64,000 bases of DNA from Octopus vulgaris. Lineage: Eukaryota. Shown piece after piece: positions 1 through 13,137 of the stretch (positions are counted from its first letter, which is position 1; each line of letters begins with the position of its first letter). The translations under genes were made by a program, and so were the position numbers. The DNA lies in NCBI GenBank assembly GCA_951406725.2, contig OX597826.1:33294001-33358000 (forward strand). Reading direction: 5' to 3'. Under the pieces are notes generated by a model. It had not been told where the DNA came from. It was given only the letters and a program-made list of their open reading frames with translations, and did no database searches.

Positions 1-241
1 GCTTTTACGTGCCACCGACATGGTTGTCAGACAGAGCTGGCAAACGGCCACGAGCGGACGGTGCTTTTATGTGTCACCGGCACGGGGGCCAGCCGAGGCT
101 GGCAACGGACACGAACGGATGGTGCTTTTATGTGCCACGGACACGGGGCCAGACAGAGCTGGCAAACGGCCACGAACGGATGGTGCTTTTACGTGCCACC
201 GACACGAGGCCAGACAGAGCTGGCAAACGACCACGAACGGA
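1..241 (-). mobile_element. ~4 units of the ~61-bp RTE 3'-UTR tandem repeat (5'-truncated RTE copy running off the window start)
   Basis: Units GGTGCTTTTACGTGCCACCGACACGGGGCCAGACAGAGCTGGCAAACGGCCACGAACGGAT match the array at 62001-62711 that lies downstream of the RTE ORF; ends abruptly in (TA)n. Confidence 0.85.
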
Positions 242-793
242 CATATATCTATATAAGCATATATATATAGATATACATATATATATATGTGTGTATATAT
301 ACATATATATATAGTGTATATGTATATATATATATATATATATTGGTACAGGCAAATATAGGTGATTAAGAATGTTTCTTGACTGTATCCTTGTTTTATG
401 GTATCATGTGAGGGCATGTGCCACAGTATAATACATGTACACACACTGATACACACACGTGTGAACACATACAGACTCATGCAAAGACATCTCCTACCAC
501 CTGCACACATGTATGTATGTAGGTATAAGAGTTTATCTCTATAGATTTGTTTATAAAATTCAGAGCCAGCACACCAAGCTATGCTCATATAAACAATGTG
601 ATTGAAGGTAAAAAAAAAGATAATAGGTGTATGGGTGTATATACATATTTCAACAGTTCTTGCCCTTTCATCAGCACCATATCTAGCCCATCAACCATGA
701 ATGCATTGCTTAAATGCCCTCTAAGTAATATAGATACATACACACACACATACACACTCACACACACACATGCCCATGCACATACATATATAT

Positions 794-876
<83 letters not shown>

Positions 877-1015
877 TAAACATATATATATATATTTATA
901 AAAGCAATTAAGATTCAAGTAAATTCCAGTGAATTTACTTGAATGTGGTACTTAACTTAGATGCACCAGAAAAACTATATGGTGTTAACCATACAGTAAT
1001 GTGGGGTGATTATAA

Positions 1016-1419
1016 ACGAGAAAGAAGCAACAAGAATGGATTAGTTTTTAGTACAATTGTTTCATACAAAGACAGGCTTTATTACAAGTTGCAAAAATTG
1101 CAGCAGATAAAAGTGTCCTGTACTTATCAGCTAAAATACATATGAGTTCTCCAAACATCTTAGTGGGTGAGGTTATACTCATGAAATATTGGAGATAATT
1201 TCATTAAAGGCAGATATAGGTTGCAAACAGATTTCCAAAGTTCCTTAATGATGATGCACAGTCTTATCACAGAAAGAACTCATATGGAGAACTCATATGT
1301 ATTTTAGCTGATGAGTACAGGACACTTTTATCTGCTGCAATTTTGCAACTTGTAATAAAGCCTGTCTTTGTATGAAACAATTGTACTAAAAACTAATCAA
1401 TTCTTGTTGCTTCTTTCTC

Positions 1420-1421
<2 letters not shown>
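1016..1421. mobile_element. Palindromic non-autonomous element (PLE-type), arms ~1016-1153 and ~1285-1421
   Basis: ~137-bp near-perfect inverted arms; (TA)n on the right; a remnant of the same terminus at ~32190-32225. Confidence 0.8.
1302..1391 (+). ncRNA. Type-I hammerhead ribozyme, canonical core, long stem II
   Basis: TTTTAG-CTGATGA-GTACA...TGTAT-GAAAC-AATT-GTA-CTAAAA: stem I TTTTAG/CTAAAA, palindromic stem III ACAATTGT, GUA cleavage triplet. Confidence 0.8.
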
Positions 1422-1460
<39 letters not shown>

Positions 1461-1873
1461 TACACACACACATGCATATACACACACAACGAATTTCCCT
1501 CAGTCTCTGCCCACCTAAACCACTCAAGAGGCTGTGGTCTTTCAACAGGATTGAACCCAGAACAGTGTGGTCGAGATGCAAGAGGATACACTCTGATATT
1601 TGTTCTAGTGCTTGGTGCTGTAAGCTGAAACCCATCTGAGGTTTACTTCTTTCGTTTTGGTGAGTGGCGGGGATGCGAGTTTGGCGATTATAATGAACCT
1701 CAGTCAAGAATGCTGGATTAGCTGCCACGTGGTATTTGCTGTTGGTGTTGGTTGTGCTTTGAGTTCCAATTCCAGCAAGGTCAAATTTAACTTTTATTTT
1801 CTGGAAACAGAGGAATGAAATAAAAGGAACCAATCTAGAACAATTGGTTGGCCAAGTTGTAAGATCGACGCCA

Positions 1874-2980
1874 TTACACCACCATCACCATCATCATCAT
1901 TGTCATCCTCATCATCGTTTTCATCATCATCATAGCCATCATCGTTGTCTTCATTCTCGTCATCCTCCTCATCAGTAGCACTGTCATTATCATCATCACC
2001 ACCCTCAGCACCATGACAAGGATCTTTATCATCATCATCACCATCACCATCATCATGATCTTCATGATCTTCATCATCATCACCACCACCACCACCACCA
2101 CCACCACCACCACCACCACCACCACCACCACCACCACTACCATCACCATAATCATGATCCTCATCATTTTCATTATCAACACTATAACCATTATCATGAT
2201 GATCATCATCATCATTATCATCATCATCACCATTAAATAGACAGCTATATACACCATAGTTATTTCCTCCTCCTCGTCATCATCACCAATGCCATTGTTA
2301 CAATTACTGACATCAACATCAACATCAATACCATCGTCACCATCATCGTCACAATGACAACCAATATAACTTAGTCAACCGGTGCAGTGTCATCAAACAC
2401 AATGAAACTCCGTGTCATGCCAAAAAGCCTCTCCTCTCTACCTTGTACACCACACCGCACTAAATGCAGCAACTGCAGCAGCTGTGTTGTTGCTGGCGGT
2501 GGCGGCAGGGGCGGTGGTGGTGGCAGTGGTGGTGGCGGTGGTGGCGATGAATTGATGGTGGGGGTGGAGGTGGTGTTGTTGATGGTAATGGTGGTGGTAG
2601 TGTTAGGAATGTCTGGTGATGGTGGTGGTGGTGGTGGTGCTGATAGTAATGATGGAGGTGATGGTGAAGGTGGGGGGGATGATGGTGGTGGTGGTGGTGC
2701 TGATAGTAATGATGGAGGTGATGGTGAAGGTGGGGGGGGGGGTGATGGTGGAGGAGATGGTGGAGGTGGAGGTGATGGTGGAGGTGATTGTGGAGGTGGA
2801 GGTGATGGGGATGGTGGTGGTGGCAGTGACGGTATTGGTGTTGCTGGTAGTTGTCGTGGCATTGTTGCCGGTGATGTTGGTGTTGTCAGTGATGGTGTGT
2901 CGGTGGTGGTGTTTGTGGTGGTTGTAGTTTTATTAATAGTAGTAGTTATTAGTACTAAGGGTGGTAGTGGTGGTGGTGAT
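1874..2980. repeat. Degenerate trinucleotide low-complexity domains, (CAT/CAC)n then (GGT/GAT)n
   Basis: Direct reading; includes a 60-bp direct duplication at ~2620-2740. Confidence 0.95.
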
Positions 2981-3588
2981 GCTGAACGTGTTTTTTTTTT
3001 AAAGTTTCTACTCAATTTGTAGCTGTTTTAGTTTCATTTATTTTTCCTTTCGCTTTCATCTCAAATTGTCATCGATTACTTTTCAAGTTCAATGTTAAAT
3101 GAGCTATTATTAACACGCAAGCATTGTGTGGGTAGGAGTCATGTCGACAGAGATCTGTGAGGGGTGGCATCAAAGTAATTCACATTCACAACCAGCGTTT
3201 ATCAAAGAAGAATGATGATGCCACTACATGGTCACTTGATGTGCTGGAAATCACAGCCAAATCTTTGGAAATCGCAGCCTATTGTCTTAAAATGAGAGCA
3301 AGTTTGGATAATGTGGTCTTAGGGTCTGTGTAGATAGCAAAAACATAAAAATAATGGGTTTGGTTATAGCTGCAATGAATTGGAATCAAAGTCTACTTTG
3401 TCAGAGTTGGCCTGGGGTTAAATGATAAGAACTTAAAAAAAAGACAAATGTAAACAAACTTGAATAAAATTACTAGATGTAGTTGAATAAGGATGCATGT
3501 ATGTATGTGTGGAAGTATGAAGATATGTAAATGTGTGTATACATGTATGTCTGCATGTGTAGTGTGTGTGAACACACATATATCTATA

Positions 3589-3624
<36 letters not shown>

Positions 3625-3684
3625 TGTATGTATGTATGTATGTATGTATGCATGTATGCATGCATGCATGTATGTATACACACG

Positions 3685-4000
3685 TGAAGGTGCAATGGCC
3701 CAGTGGTTAGGGCAGCAGACTCACGGTTGTAGGATCGTGGTATCGATTCCTAGACTGGGTGTACTGTGTGTTGTGAGTGTTTATTGAGCAAAAACACCAA
3801 AAGCTCCACGAGTCTCTGGCAGGGGGTTTTTGGCGATCCCTGCTGTACTCTTTTGCCACAACTTTCTCTCAATCTTTCTTCTGTTGGCCTGCTCGCTTAG
3901 CCAGTGTTGTGGTGTCATTTGACAGCTAAAACAATGCAAAGCGCATTGTGACCATCGATGTGTAGCAACATCTGATAGCCTGGTCGGTCACAGTGATCAC
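3685..4000 (+). mobile_element. tRNA-derived SINE (family C variant)
   Basis: A-box TGGCCCAGTGG, degenerate B-box GTATCGATTCC; body shares AAGCTCCACG and GCCACAACTTTCTCTC with 29048 and 47272. Confidence 0.7.
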
Positions 4001-4034
4001 GGTGATGTATACACACACACACATATACATACAT

Positions 4035-4243
4035 ATGAGGGGATGCAGAAAAGTTCTAGGTTTCAAGTAAAAGAAAATACAGGAGGATCAATTAATTATG
4101 ATTTTATTGAACATAATCACCTCTCAGATTCATGCACTTATTACAGCAATTTTTCTAAGCCCGGTAAAAACTCTGAAGGTTGGGCCTCCAACCAGGTCTT
4201 TTGTGATGCCCTGAAATTCAGGAAATTTTCAGCACCCCCTCAT
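4035..4243. mobile_element. Mariner-derived MITE (~205 bp)
   Basis: TIRs ATGAGGGGATGCAGAAAAGTT / AATTTTCAGCACCCCCTCAT in TA context; opposite-orientation copies at ~37858-38077 and ~50299-50513. Confidence 0.75.
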
Positions 4244-4269
4244 ATATATATACATATATATATATATAT

Positions 4270-4460
4270 AGGGAGAGTTTACAAAAAAAACAAAAGACGA
4301 AGACAGGTGGTGTACAAAACAAGCAGTTGTATTAGTATAATGCTCAGGAATAGAAAAAGTCTTTTACATTTCGAGCCTACACTCTTCTACAGAAAGGGAC
4401 ACAGAAAAAAACAAGGAGAGAAAAAAAATGTGTGTAGTGGCTAACGATCTATCATGGCGA

Positions 4461-4463
<3 letters not shown>
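4270..4463 (-). mobile_element. Short (TA)n-embedded element with an HHR-like fold at 4361-4396
   Basis: Homologous to ~53585-53775; minus strand reads CTTT-CTGTAGA-A-GAGT-GTAG-GCTC-GAAAT-GTA-AAAG. Confidence 0.65.
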
Positions 4464-4514
<51 letters not shown>

Positions 4515-4519
4515 ATCAG

Positions 4520-4720
4520 ATTAAATGAACAAGAACCTGGGACGTTACTTATCTGATTTCTCTCCAACCTTTGCCCTTAATGTTCAGACTTGAGTACCTA
4601 AACTCTTCTTCACCCTACTCAAGAATCTAGTTCCCTTAGAAAAATATTTACTCACAAATCTATAAAATTGACCTACTCTACGACGACCACCACCACCATA
4701 ACATCACTGGAGTTATCCAA
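4520..4720 (+). pseudogene. Degenerate Penelope-like element ORF fragment (RT-endonuclease linker)
   Basis: Translates across breaks as FSPTFALNVQT*VPKLFFTLL...SSLRKIFTHKSIKLTYST, resembling the PLE motif FNPPF...LHKIFNRNTIKVSYS also seen at ~43400-43570. Confidence 0.5.
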
Positions 4721-5325
4721 CAGCTTAACAACAAGAAACTCAAAAATCCACAACCAGCTAACACCCGCCCTAATAACTTAACTCAACATAATCCCTAGCT
4801 CCATACATATAAACCCAAAACACTTCATTTCATGTTGTAGAGCAACATGAAATGAAGTGAAGGGTTTTGCTCAAGAACACAATGCACTGCTCAGTTCTGG
4901 AATTGAATCAACACCTAAACCATTGTGTGTGTGTGTGTGTGTGTGTCTGTCTGTCAGTTTGGCTGTATGTATGTAAAGGAAGAAAAAGCAACATGAATCC
5001 CACAAGTGGTTCGTGTCATAATTGTCTCCTTCCTCACAATTGGTCAAAGTATTAGAAACGAAGCAGAGTAAATTAAATGCTCGTTAGTGTAACATAAGGT
5101 GAAAAGTTGATTGGCGTCATTTTGTTTGTTGCTTATTAATTTATTCATTTGTTATTTCATTTGCATAGCAGTTGTTAGCCAGGAACTGTCATGCTTATTG
5201 CTTTAGTCATTGCCATTATTCACGTTAAGTCAAGTGTGACTTTGGTGCTGGTATCAATATTAGCAAATCTTCTGCTGGTTTGTGTTACAACAATAACGAT
5301 TAATAACTAATATATGCAAAGCAAG

Positions 5326-5483
5326 AAGGCAGTGAGCTGGCAGAACAGTTAGCAAATGAGGGAAAAGGTTGTGCAGCATTTTGTCTGCCTTTACGTCCTG
5401 AGTTCAAATTCCATCGAGGTTGACTTTACTTTTACTCCTTTCAGGGCCATTAAAATAAGAACCAGTCAAGTACTGGGGTCAAT
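5326..5483 (+). mobile_element. tRNA-derived SINE family B
   Basis: AAGGCAGTGAGCTGGCAGAA head, B-box GAGTTCAAATTCC, CCTTTC...GG...AAAATAAG.ACCAG core. Confidence 0.75.
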
Positions 5484-5768
5484 TCTATACTTAAGAGATG
5501 AGGAATTATGTACATTATTTACATTTGACAGATATTTGTCCTCATCTTGTTAGTTGTTAACACGTTTCGACTGATATACCCTCCAGCCTTCATCAGGTGT
5601 CTTGGGGAAATTTCAAACCTGGGTTCTCATTCCTAAGGTATTTTTCGATGTTATTATTATTATTATTATTCAGGTCACTGCCTGGAATCAAACTCAGAAT
5701 CTTGGGATTAGTAATCCGTGCTCTTTACCATTACGCCATATGCCCACGGGCATATGGCATAGTGGTAT
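5484..5768 (-). mobile_element. tRNA-head + (AAT)n + hammerhead element with palindromic head
   Basis: Homologous to 13376-13822 and 6319-6500; HHR-like fold at 5559-5601; head palindrome GCCATATGCCC-AC-GGGCATATGGC. Confidence 0.75.
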
Positions 5769-5775
5769 TTTTCGA

Positions 5776-5819
<44 letters not shown>

Positions 5820-5820
<1 letters not shown>

Positions 5821-6072
5821 CTTCTTCTTTCAAATTTGCTTCCATTTCTTGCCGAGTGTCTTCCCGACTCCTAGGGCAAAGAAACTCATAGTATATATTG
5901 GTAGGCCATTAAACTAAACTCAATAGTTCGTTCATTTTTTTTTTTTAAGTTAAAAAACTATTACTACATGGGTAGTAATAGTTTTCACAGCGACAATGCT
6001 CTTCTCAATACGTGTGATGTACCAGTTAAGACAATCTTTTGCACTTCTTGCAGGGATGGTAAGCCAGGGATC
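5820..6072 (-). mobile_element. R4/Dong-type LINE 3' end inside (TAA)n
   Basis: Minus strand IPGLPSLQEVQKIVLTGTSHVLRRALSL* then 3' UTR; (ATT)n on both sides. Confidence 0.75.
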
Positions 6073-6138
<66 letters not shown>

Positions 6139-6318
6139 GGTCGCTGCTTGGAATCAAACTTGGAATCTTGGGGTTAGAAGCCCATGCTCGGACCCACTAC
6201 ACCAAATTGAAATAATGTAATGTAAATAATGTAAATAATGTAAATAAAAGAAATGATTTTGTGGCGATGTTTTGCTTAGTTTCTATCAAAACACTGTTAC
6301 TGATACAAAATTACTTTC

Positions 6319-6500
6319 AGTTCTATATTTAAGAGATGAGGAATTATTTACATTATTTACATTTGATGGATATTTATCCTCATCTTGTTTGTTGTTAACA
6401 CAACATTTCAGCTGATATACCTTCCAGTCTTCATCAGGTGTCTTGGGGAAATTTCAGACCTGGGTTCTCATTCCTAAGGTATTTTTTGATGTTATTATTA
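6319..6500 (-). mobile_element. Hammerhead-bearing tail of the tRNA-HHR element
   Basis: Near-identical to 5484-5650; ACAC-CTGATGA-A-GACTG...CAGCT-GAAAT-GTT-GTGT at 6398-6441 (minus). Confidence 0.75.
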
Positions 6501-6684
6501 TTATTGTTATTATTATTATAATACTGGAGTCAATGTTATTAATTTAACTTCCCCACCTTGATATTGCTGGCCTTGTGCCAAAATTTGAAATCTGTGTATG
6601 TAAAGAAAGAATCGACAAAAAAAACAAAAACAAAGCATTATAAAATCAGTTGAAATATGTCTGTTGTTTCTGAAAAACCAGTTC

Positions 6685-7078
6685 ACAGTTTCAAATTTTA
6701 GCACAAGACCAGGGATTTTGAAAGGAAGTGGGGTGAGTCAATTACAGTGACCCCCAGCACTTGGCTGGTATTTTATCAGCCCTGAAATAAAATAAAAGGC
6801 AAATTGGACTTTGACAGGATTTGAACCCAAAATATATCGAAACAAAAGAAATACTAATTGTTTTGTCCCATGCTCCAACAACTGTGCTTGCTCACAAGCT
6901 TAATAGGAATAATAAGGGTCTTTTCCAATATAGGCAAAAGGCCTAAAAATTTTGGGGAGGTGGTGGGGATTATTAATTTCATTGGCCCTAGTATTTGACA
7001 GGAATTTATTTCATCAACACAGAAACAATGAAAGGCAAAGTCAACCGAAGTGGAATTTGAAATCAGAATGTAAAAACA
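6685..7078 (-). mobile_element. Two degenerate SINE family B copies
   Basis: Reverse complement of the family B core and B-box (GATTTGAACCC, GAATTTGAAATCAG). Confidence 0.6.
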
Positions 7079-7085
7079 GTTGGCG

Positions 7086-7305
7086 TCATCATCATCATCA
7101 TCATCATCGTGTAACGTCCGCTTTCCATGCTAGCATGAGTTGGACGATTTTGACTGAGGACTGGCGAACCAGATGGCTGCACCAGGCTCCAGTCTTGATT
7201 TGGCAGACTTTCTACAGCTGGATGCCCTTCCTGACACCAACCACTCCAAGAGTGTAGCGGGTGCTTTTTACGTGCCACCCGCATGGGCATGCCATGTCTG
7301 GCATA
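7086..7305 (-). mobile_element. RTE LINE 3' terminal fragment
   Basis: (CAT)n-CGTGTAACGTCCGCTTTCCATGCTAGCATG...GGATGCCCTTCC...GGTGCTTTTTACGTGCCACC matches 61836-62020. Confidence 0.85.
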
Positions 7306-7306
7306 C

Positions 7307-7339
<33 letters not shown>

Positions 7340-7857
7340 GTAATGGTAATGGATATGAGGTAATGGATGCTTGGTACCTACATAAACTGGTAAAAGTAAT
7401 GGATGAAAAGGGGAAGGCAAAAATCCTGTGGGACTTTGACTTCGAGACAGACAAGATGTTAGAACACTGAAGGCCAGACATAGTAACCTTTAGGAGGGAC
7501 AAACAAGTGTGTATGATAATCGATGTGTCAATGCCAGGAGGTCAATATATTATTATGAAGGAGAGAGAAAAGATTGATAAATATGGAGACCTGAGAATTG
7601 AGATCGCCAAGATGTGGCAGTTACAGGAGTCAAACATAAAGGTTATCCCTGTTGTCATCAGAGCATTAGGTTCAATACCATCCAAGCTGAAGAAACATCT
7701 GGAAACATTAGAAATACATTACAATGTAGGTGTATTGCAAGAGTCGGCATTACTTGGAGCTGCATGCATGTTGGGTAAAGTACTGTCTGTCTGAAGTCCT
7801 TGCTGTGATTTGACAAACAGCACAAACCACACGATATTGAATACTGTGAATATTTAA
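7340..7857 (+). mobile_element. R4/Dong-type LINE 3' fragment (restriction-like endonuclease domain), pseudogenised
   Basis: KILWDFDFETDKMLEH*RPDIV...IIDVSMP...EREKIDKYGDL...IPVVIRALG...SALLG (PD..D..E.K.KY motif); one in-frame TGA at 7468-7470; flanked by (AAT)n. Confidence 0.9.
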
Positions 7858-7952
7858 ATAATGATAATAATGATAATGATAATAATAATAATGATGATGA
7901 TGATGATGATGATGTGCAAAGGCAATAATAATAATAATAATAATAATAATAA

Positions 7953-8097
7953 TTTAAAACAAACATAATTTTCGTATGGTTTTTTAGGCATTCACTAGTA
8001 CAACACTAAGTACAAAACCAAATATATGGCACCCTAGGGATAACACCAACACGAACTTCCAACTTGTTGTCTAAATGTAAAGCAAAAAAAAAAAAAT
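7953..8097 (+). mobile_element. Probable further Dong-like 3' UTR fragment
   Basis: Unique ~140 bp ending in poly-A, between two (AAT)n tracts. Confidence 0.4.
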
Positions 8098-9650
8098 AAT
8101 AATAATAACACTAATAATAATAATAGATATAAAAATGGAAAAAAATTAAACAGTATCAGGATCTAGCCAGAGAAGTCTATGGAAAACCAAGATAACAATT
8201 ATTCCTTGAGTAATTGGTGCATTTTGACACAACATCCAAAATGCTATGGATACAGTGGTGCCTTCATCAGTGGATATGATAAGTTTAAATGTTTATGGTG
8301 TTCAGACTTTTGGTATATGGAAACAGTCAGGACAAAAAGAAGAAAAATACACTGAACTTGCTTAGGAGAAAATTTACCATTTTATGTTTGGCTCATTGAA
8401 ATTAATTTAAAATTAACTTAGAGAAATTTTCTGTTCCCAAAATTATTGGAATAAATATTGCACTACACTAATGAAAATATTTTTTTGCGCAGAGTGATTA
8501 GCAGAGAGCTCAATGAAATTGGAGGAAAAAAAACCTGTCTAGTTCGGAGCAATAATATAATGATATATTAGGACAGCCGAAGCCAAGAGACTCTTGAAAA
8601 TAAAAATCGAGACATATCGAAATTTCACTATAATTGCTACGTATTTTATTCCTGTAATTAGCTTTTCTATATATTTGTACATATGTATGTATGTATGCAT
8701 GGATGAATGAATGTATGGACATTCATATAGATGTGTGTGTGTGTGGATATATATATGTATGTATATATGTATGTGTGTGTGTGTGTGTGTGTGTGGATAT
8801 ATATATATATATATATACATACCTATGTGTATGTATGTATGTGTGTAAGTGTATATATATGCATATACTTGTGTGTGTGTGTGTATGTATATATATATAC
8901 ATGTGTTTGTATGTATGTGTGTATGTGTATATATATATATGCATATGTATGTTTGTGTGTGTATATATATACATATGTGTGTATGTATGTATATGTGTGT
9001 ATATGTATATATATGCATATGTATGTGTGTGTACATATACATATGTGTATGTGTGTATATATATGCATATGTATGTGCTTGTATATATATATATGTATGT
9101 GTGTATATATATGCATATGCATGTGTGTGTGTATATACGTATGTATATGTCTATGTATGAATGTGTATATATGTACATATGTGTGTGTGTGTATATAAAA
9201 TGTATGATAAAATTCTGTGTTGATTCATTTGTTTTTTTGTATTTCTTTTATTATTTATTTATTGTTTCTTTCCTTTTATTTTTGGCATTTCTTGACACAT
9301 GTTGTTGTTGTTGCTGCTGTTATTGTTGTTCATGCTACTGCTGTTGCTGCTGCTACTGATCTTATGTCTGTTGTTGCAACAACTGTCATTGTTTTTCGTT
9401 ATATTTGTTGTTTTGATGTTGTTTCATTGATGATCTCAAGTCTGTTGTCATAGCAATTGTTGTTGTTGTTTTTGTTGTTGTTGCTGATTTTTGCCCTATT
9501 TTTTTGTTTTTGTTTTCTCCTGTTTTCGTAGACTCATGAAATGTTTGCTAATACAAAAATAAATATAAAAAATATACATATATACACAAGTCATTTGTTT
9601 GGTAAATTCTTCTGAATGCACCGTTGCTGCTTTTGTTGCTATTATTATTA

Positions 9651-9687
<37 letters not shown>

Positions 9688-9705
9688 TACTACTACTACT
9701 ACTAC

Positions 9706-9760
<55 letters not shown>

Positions 9761-9870
9761 GTTATTATTATTGTTGTTGTTTCCTTTTAGTTTTCTTGTT
9801 GTTACTGTTGTTGTTGTCCTTTTAGTTTTCTTGTTGTTTTGGTGTCTGGCCTGTTTTTCTTGTTTATGCT

Positions 9871-9914
<44 letters not shown>

Positions 9915-10469
9915 TATTGTTATTGTTGTTGTTCTTGGATAAATATATTGAAAAGCCAAAAGGAGAAAAAAAAAAGAACACTATTTGGTAATTCTTCTTG
10001 TTTCTTCTGCCCTTATTTCTTTCTTTATTTGTTTATTTATTGGTCTGTTTCGGTTTGGTTTCATTATAGTAATGGCCATGTTCGGTAAGACAAGAAGAAT
10101 TGGTACTTTGTCTGAGAGAAGAGTAAATCTAGCAGAACTTTACATAATGGCGCTAAAATGCACACAGCGGTAGTACCATCATCATTAAAGTAGTAACGGT
10201 TGTGTGAGTAAAAGAATCAGAACTGGTACTGTTGTAATACAGTTCTCTGATTTAAGAGAAAATTCTTGCAGAATTTTTAAGTGATGGCATTAACACACAC
10301 ACACAACAGTAGTGCTGTTGACATCAATAAATCCACCAGCCTCCTGAGGACACTTTTAACTATGTAGTGCCCCACTTCATTATAGAAAATTTGAATGCAT
10401 ACAAAATCTGATCAAAATGTATTGGGATTATTGCTATGGTAACAGAGCTAAAGTGCACAGAGAGAAGCG

Positions 10470-10949
10470 ACTTGGCATAGATTGATCTTGAGCTCTGTTT
10501 CGCATGCTCACTTAGTTATAATATTCTTGCTTGCCAGCATCACCTTACTGGCACTTGTGTCCATGCTAGTAGGATGCCAAGAGCACCATCCGAGCGTGAT
10601 CATTGCCAGAGCAGCCAACTGGCTTCCATGCCAGTGGCACGTAAAGGGGCACCATTCGAGTGTGATCGTTACCAAAGTCACCTTACTGGCACCTGTGCTG
10701 GGGGCATGTGTAAAAGGATTCGAGCGAGGTCATTGCCTTTACCGCCTGACTGGCCCCCGTGCTGGTGGCATGTAAAAAGCACCCACTACACCCTCGGAGT
10801 GGTTGGCGTTAGGAAGGGCATTCAGCTGTAGAAACTCTGCCAAATCAAGATTGGAGCCTGGTGCAGCCATCTGGTTCGCCAGCCCTCAGTCAAAATCGTC
10901 CAACCCATGCTAGCATGGAAAGCGGACGTTAAACAATGATGATGATGAT
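10470..10949 (+). mobile_element. RTE LINE 3' UTR with ~4 diverged hairpin-repeat units and (GAT)n tail
   Basis: GCCA...CTGGC...GCACGTAAA..GCACC units, then GAGTGGTTGGCGTTAGGAAGGGCAT...CCAACCCATGCTAGCATGGAAAGCGGACGTTAAAC(GAT)n. Confidence 0.85.
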
Positions 10950-10959
10950 CTGTTGGTGA

Positions 10960-11350
10960 TAGCAATGCTTGGAGGTAAAGTGTGTAGAGTGTGGTTGTCT
11001 CAAAAAGAAGATTGGATTTCAGTTTTGCTGGGTCACCTTAATTGTATTGAGGAATATGAAAATTTCCGAAAATGGCCATCACAGGTGATGAATCATGGCT
11101 CTATGGCTATGACCCTGAAACCAAGGCAAAAAAATCAAGTCTTGCTTTGATGGAACAGGATTTCAAGATGTTGGGGATATCCAAGAGATTGTGACACGGC
11201 AGCTGCCTGTTATTCCAAAGAAAGCCGTTCCAGGAATGCTGCCATCAGTGGAAGCAATAGAAGGGGACGACTTTGAAGGAAATTATATGTCAAGCTGATA
11301 TGTGTTATAGTTTCTTTCTTCTAGCACCAATTCTGATATGCTTTTGAGAA
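10960..11350 (+). mobile_element. Internally deleted mariner transposase relic
   Basis: MAITGDESWLYGYDPETK (mariner TGDETW..YDPETK motif), then GFQDVGDIQEIVTRQL..IPK and EGDDFEG C-terminal motif. Confidence 0.8.
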
Positions 11351-11939
11351 GACCTCATACGTGTGTGTGTGAGTGTGTGTGTTTATATGTATGAGTTTAC
11401 ATGCGTGTGTCTGAGTATTTGTGTGCTTACATATATGTTTGTACTTCATTACATGACTATGCAATGTTTTTGCATGACTATGTGTGTGTGTGTATGTGCT
11501 ACTGTGTGTTGCTGTGTGTCACTGTGTGTGTGTGTGTGTTAGTGGGTGTCTATGTTTTGCATGTGTGAGTGTTTGCATGTATGTGTGAGTATGTATCCTT
11601 GCATGTGTGGATGTGAATATGTCTGTATGTTTTTGTGCCTGTATGTGTGTGTCTGCTTGGTTGCATATGTGTGTATGTGGATGTATACGTCTATGTGAGT
11701 AAGTGTGCATATGTGCATGTTTGTGTGTATGTGTATATGTATTTAGAGCATTTTTGTTTATGGGCTTGTCTCTATGTGTGTCTGTGTGGCTTTGTATGTG
11801 AGCATGTGCAAGTGTTTGCATGTGCATATTTCTATGTATGTGTGTGTTTGTGTGTGTATGTGTTTGTATCCCTGGAGATGTCTAAGCTTGGCTTCAAAGG
11901 AATGGGTGAGGAATCATTTTATGTATGCTTCCACCAAAA

Positions 11940-12055
11940 ATACTACCACTATCACCATCACTATCATCATCATCATCATTACCACCATCAACACTATCGT
12001 CATCATCATCGTCATCATCATCAATAACATCGTCACCACCATTGTCACCACCAAA

Positions 12056-12086
<31 letters not shown>

Positions 12087-12335
12087 TCATCACCACCATC
12101 ACCATTCTCCTCCTCATCATCATTACCATCACCATCATCACTCCTACCATCACCACCACCACCACCACCACCATCACCACCATCACCACCACCACCACCG
12201 CAACCACCACCACCATCATCGTCATCATTGCCATCATAGTCATCACTGTCCCTGCCATCAACATCCTCATCTTCACCTCCACCATAGTAGTCATTATTCT
12301 CAACATCATTATCGTTATTGCCAACATCATCATTT
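11940..12335. repeat. (CAT/CAC)n low-complexity tract
   Basis: Direct reading. Confidence 0.95.
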
Positions 12336-12514
12336 TTACATCCGCTTTCCACTGTTACCAGCTGTTAGACGGGTCATCACAATCCAAATTGTTTCTTAAT
12401 AGAAGGTCACCATTGGTGTTTCTATGTGATATTTTGGTTTAGTTACTATGGTTACACACCCTCTAAATTTGTGTTTGCATGTATCATTTTGACTTTGCCT
12501 AGACAACCCTTATT

Positions 12515-12888
12515 TCATCATCATCATCATTATTTAACTCCCGTTGTCCATGCTGGCATGGGTTGGACGGTTTGACTAGGGCTGACACACTGGAAAGCTA
12601 CACCAGATTCCAGTCTGATTCAGCATGGTTTTCTACTGCTGGATGCCCTTCCTAATACCAACCACTCAGAGAGTGTAATGGGTGCATTTATGTGCCACCA
12701 GCATGAGTGCCATTTGCATGATACTGGGGTGCTTTTACATGCCATTAGCATGGGTGCCAATTTGTGTGACACTGGTATCTGCCACAACTGCTATTTTGCT
12801 TGGCTTGATGGGTCTTCTCAAGCATGACATAATGCCAAAGGTTTTGGTCATTACCTCCCTGAGGCCCAATGCTCAAAAGGAACTCAGC

Positions 12889-12890
<2 letters not shown>
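12515..12890 (-). mobile_element. Older RTE 3' fragment
   Basis: (CAT)n, CCATGCTGGCATGGGTTGGACGG, CTGGATGCCCTTCCTAA, GGTGCTTTTACATGCCA. Confidence 0.75.
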
Positions 12891-12962
<72 letters not shown>

Positions 12963-13137
12963 GATTAAATTTACTCCAGTGAATAACTGGTACTTATTTT
13001 ATCGGTCTTGAAAAGACCGTGGTGGAATTTAAATACAGAACATAAAGTCAGACAAAATGTCGTTAACAATTTTCCCCAATGTGCTTACAATTCTGCTAGC
13101 TCACTATCTTCCATATTTTCTGTAAAGTATATTGATA

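Noticed and set aside
8539-9359. YI/CV/HT-repeat ORFs throughout the window
   Set aside because: Dinucleotide microsatellite translations.
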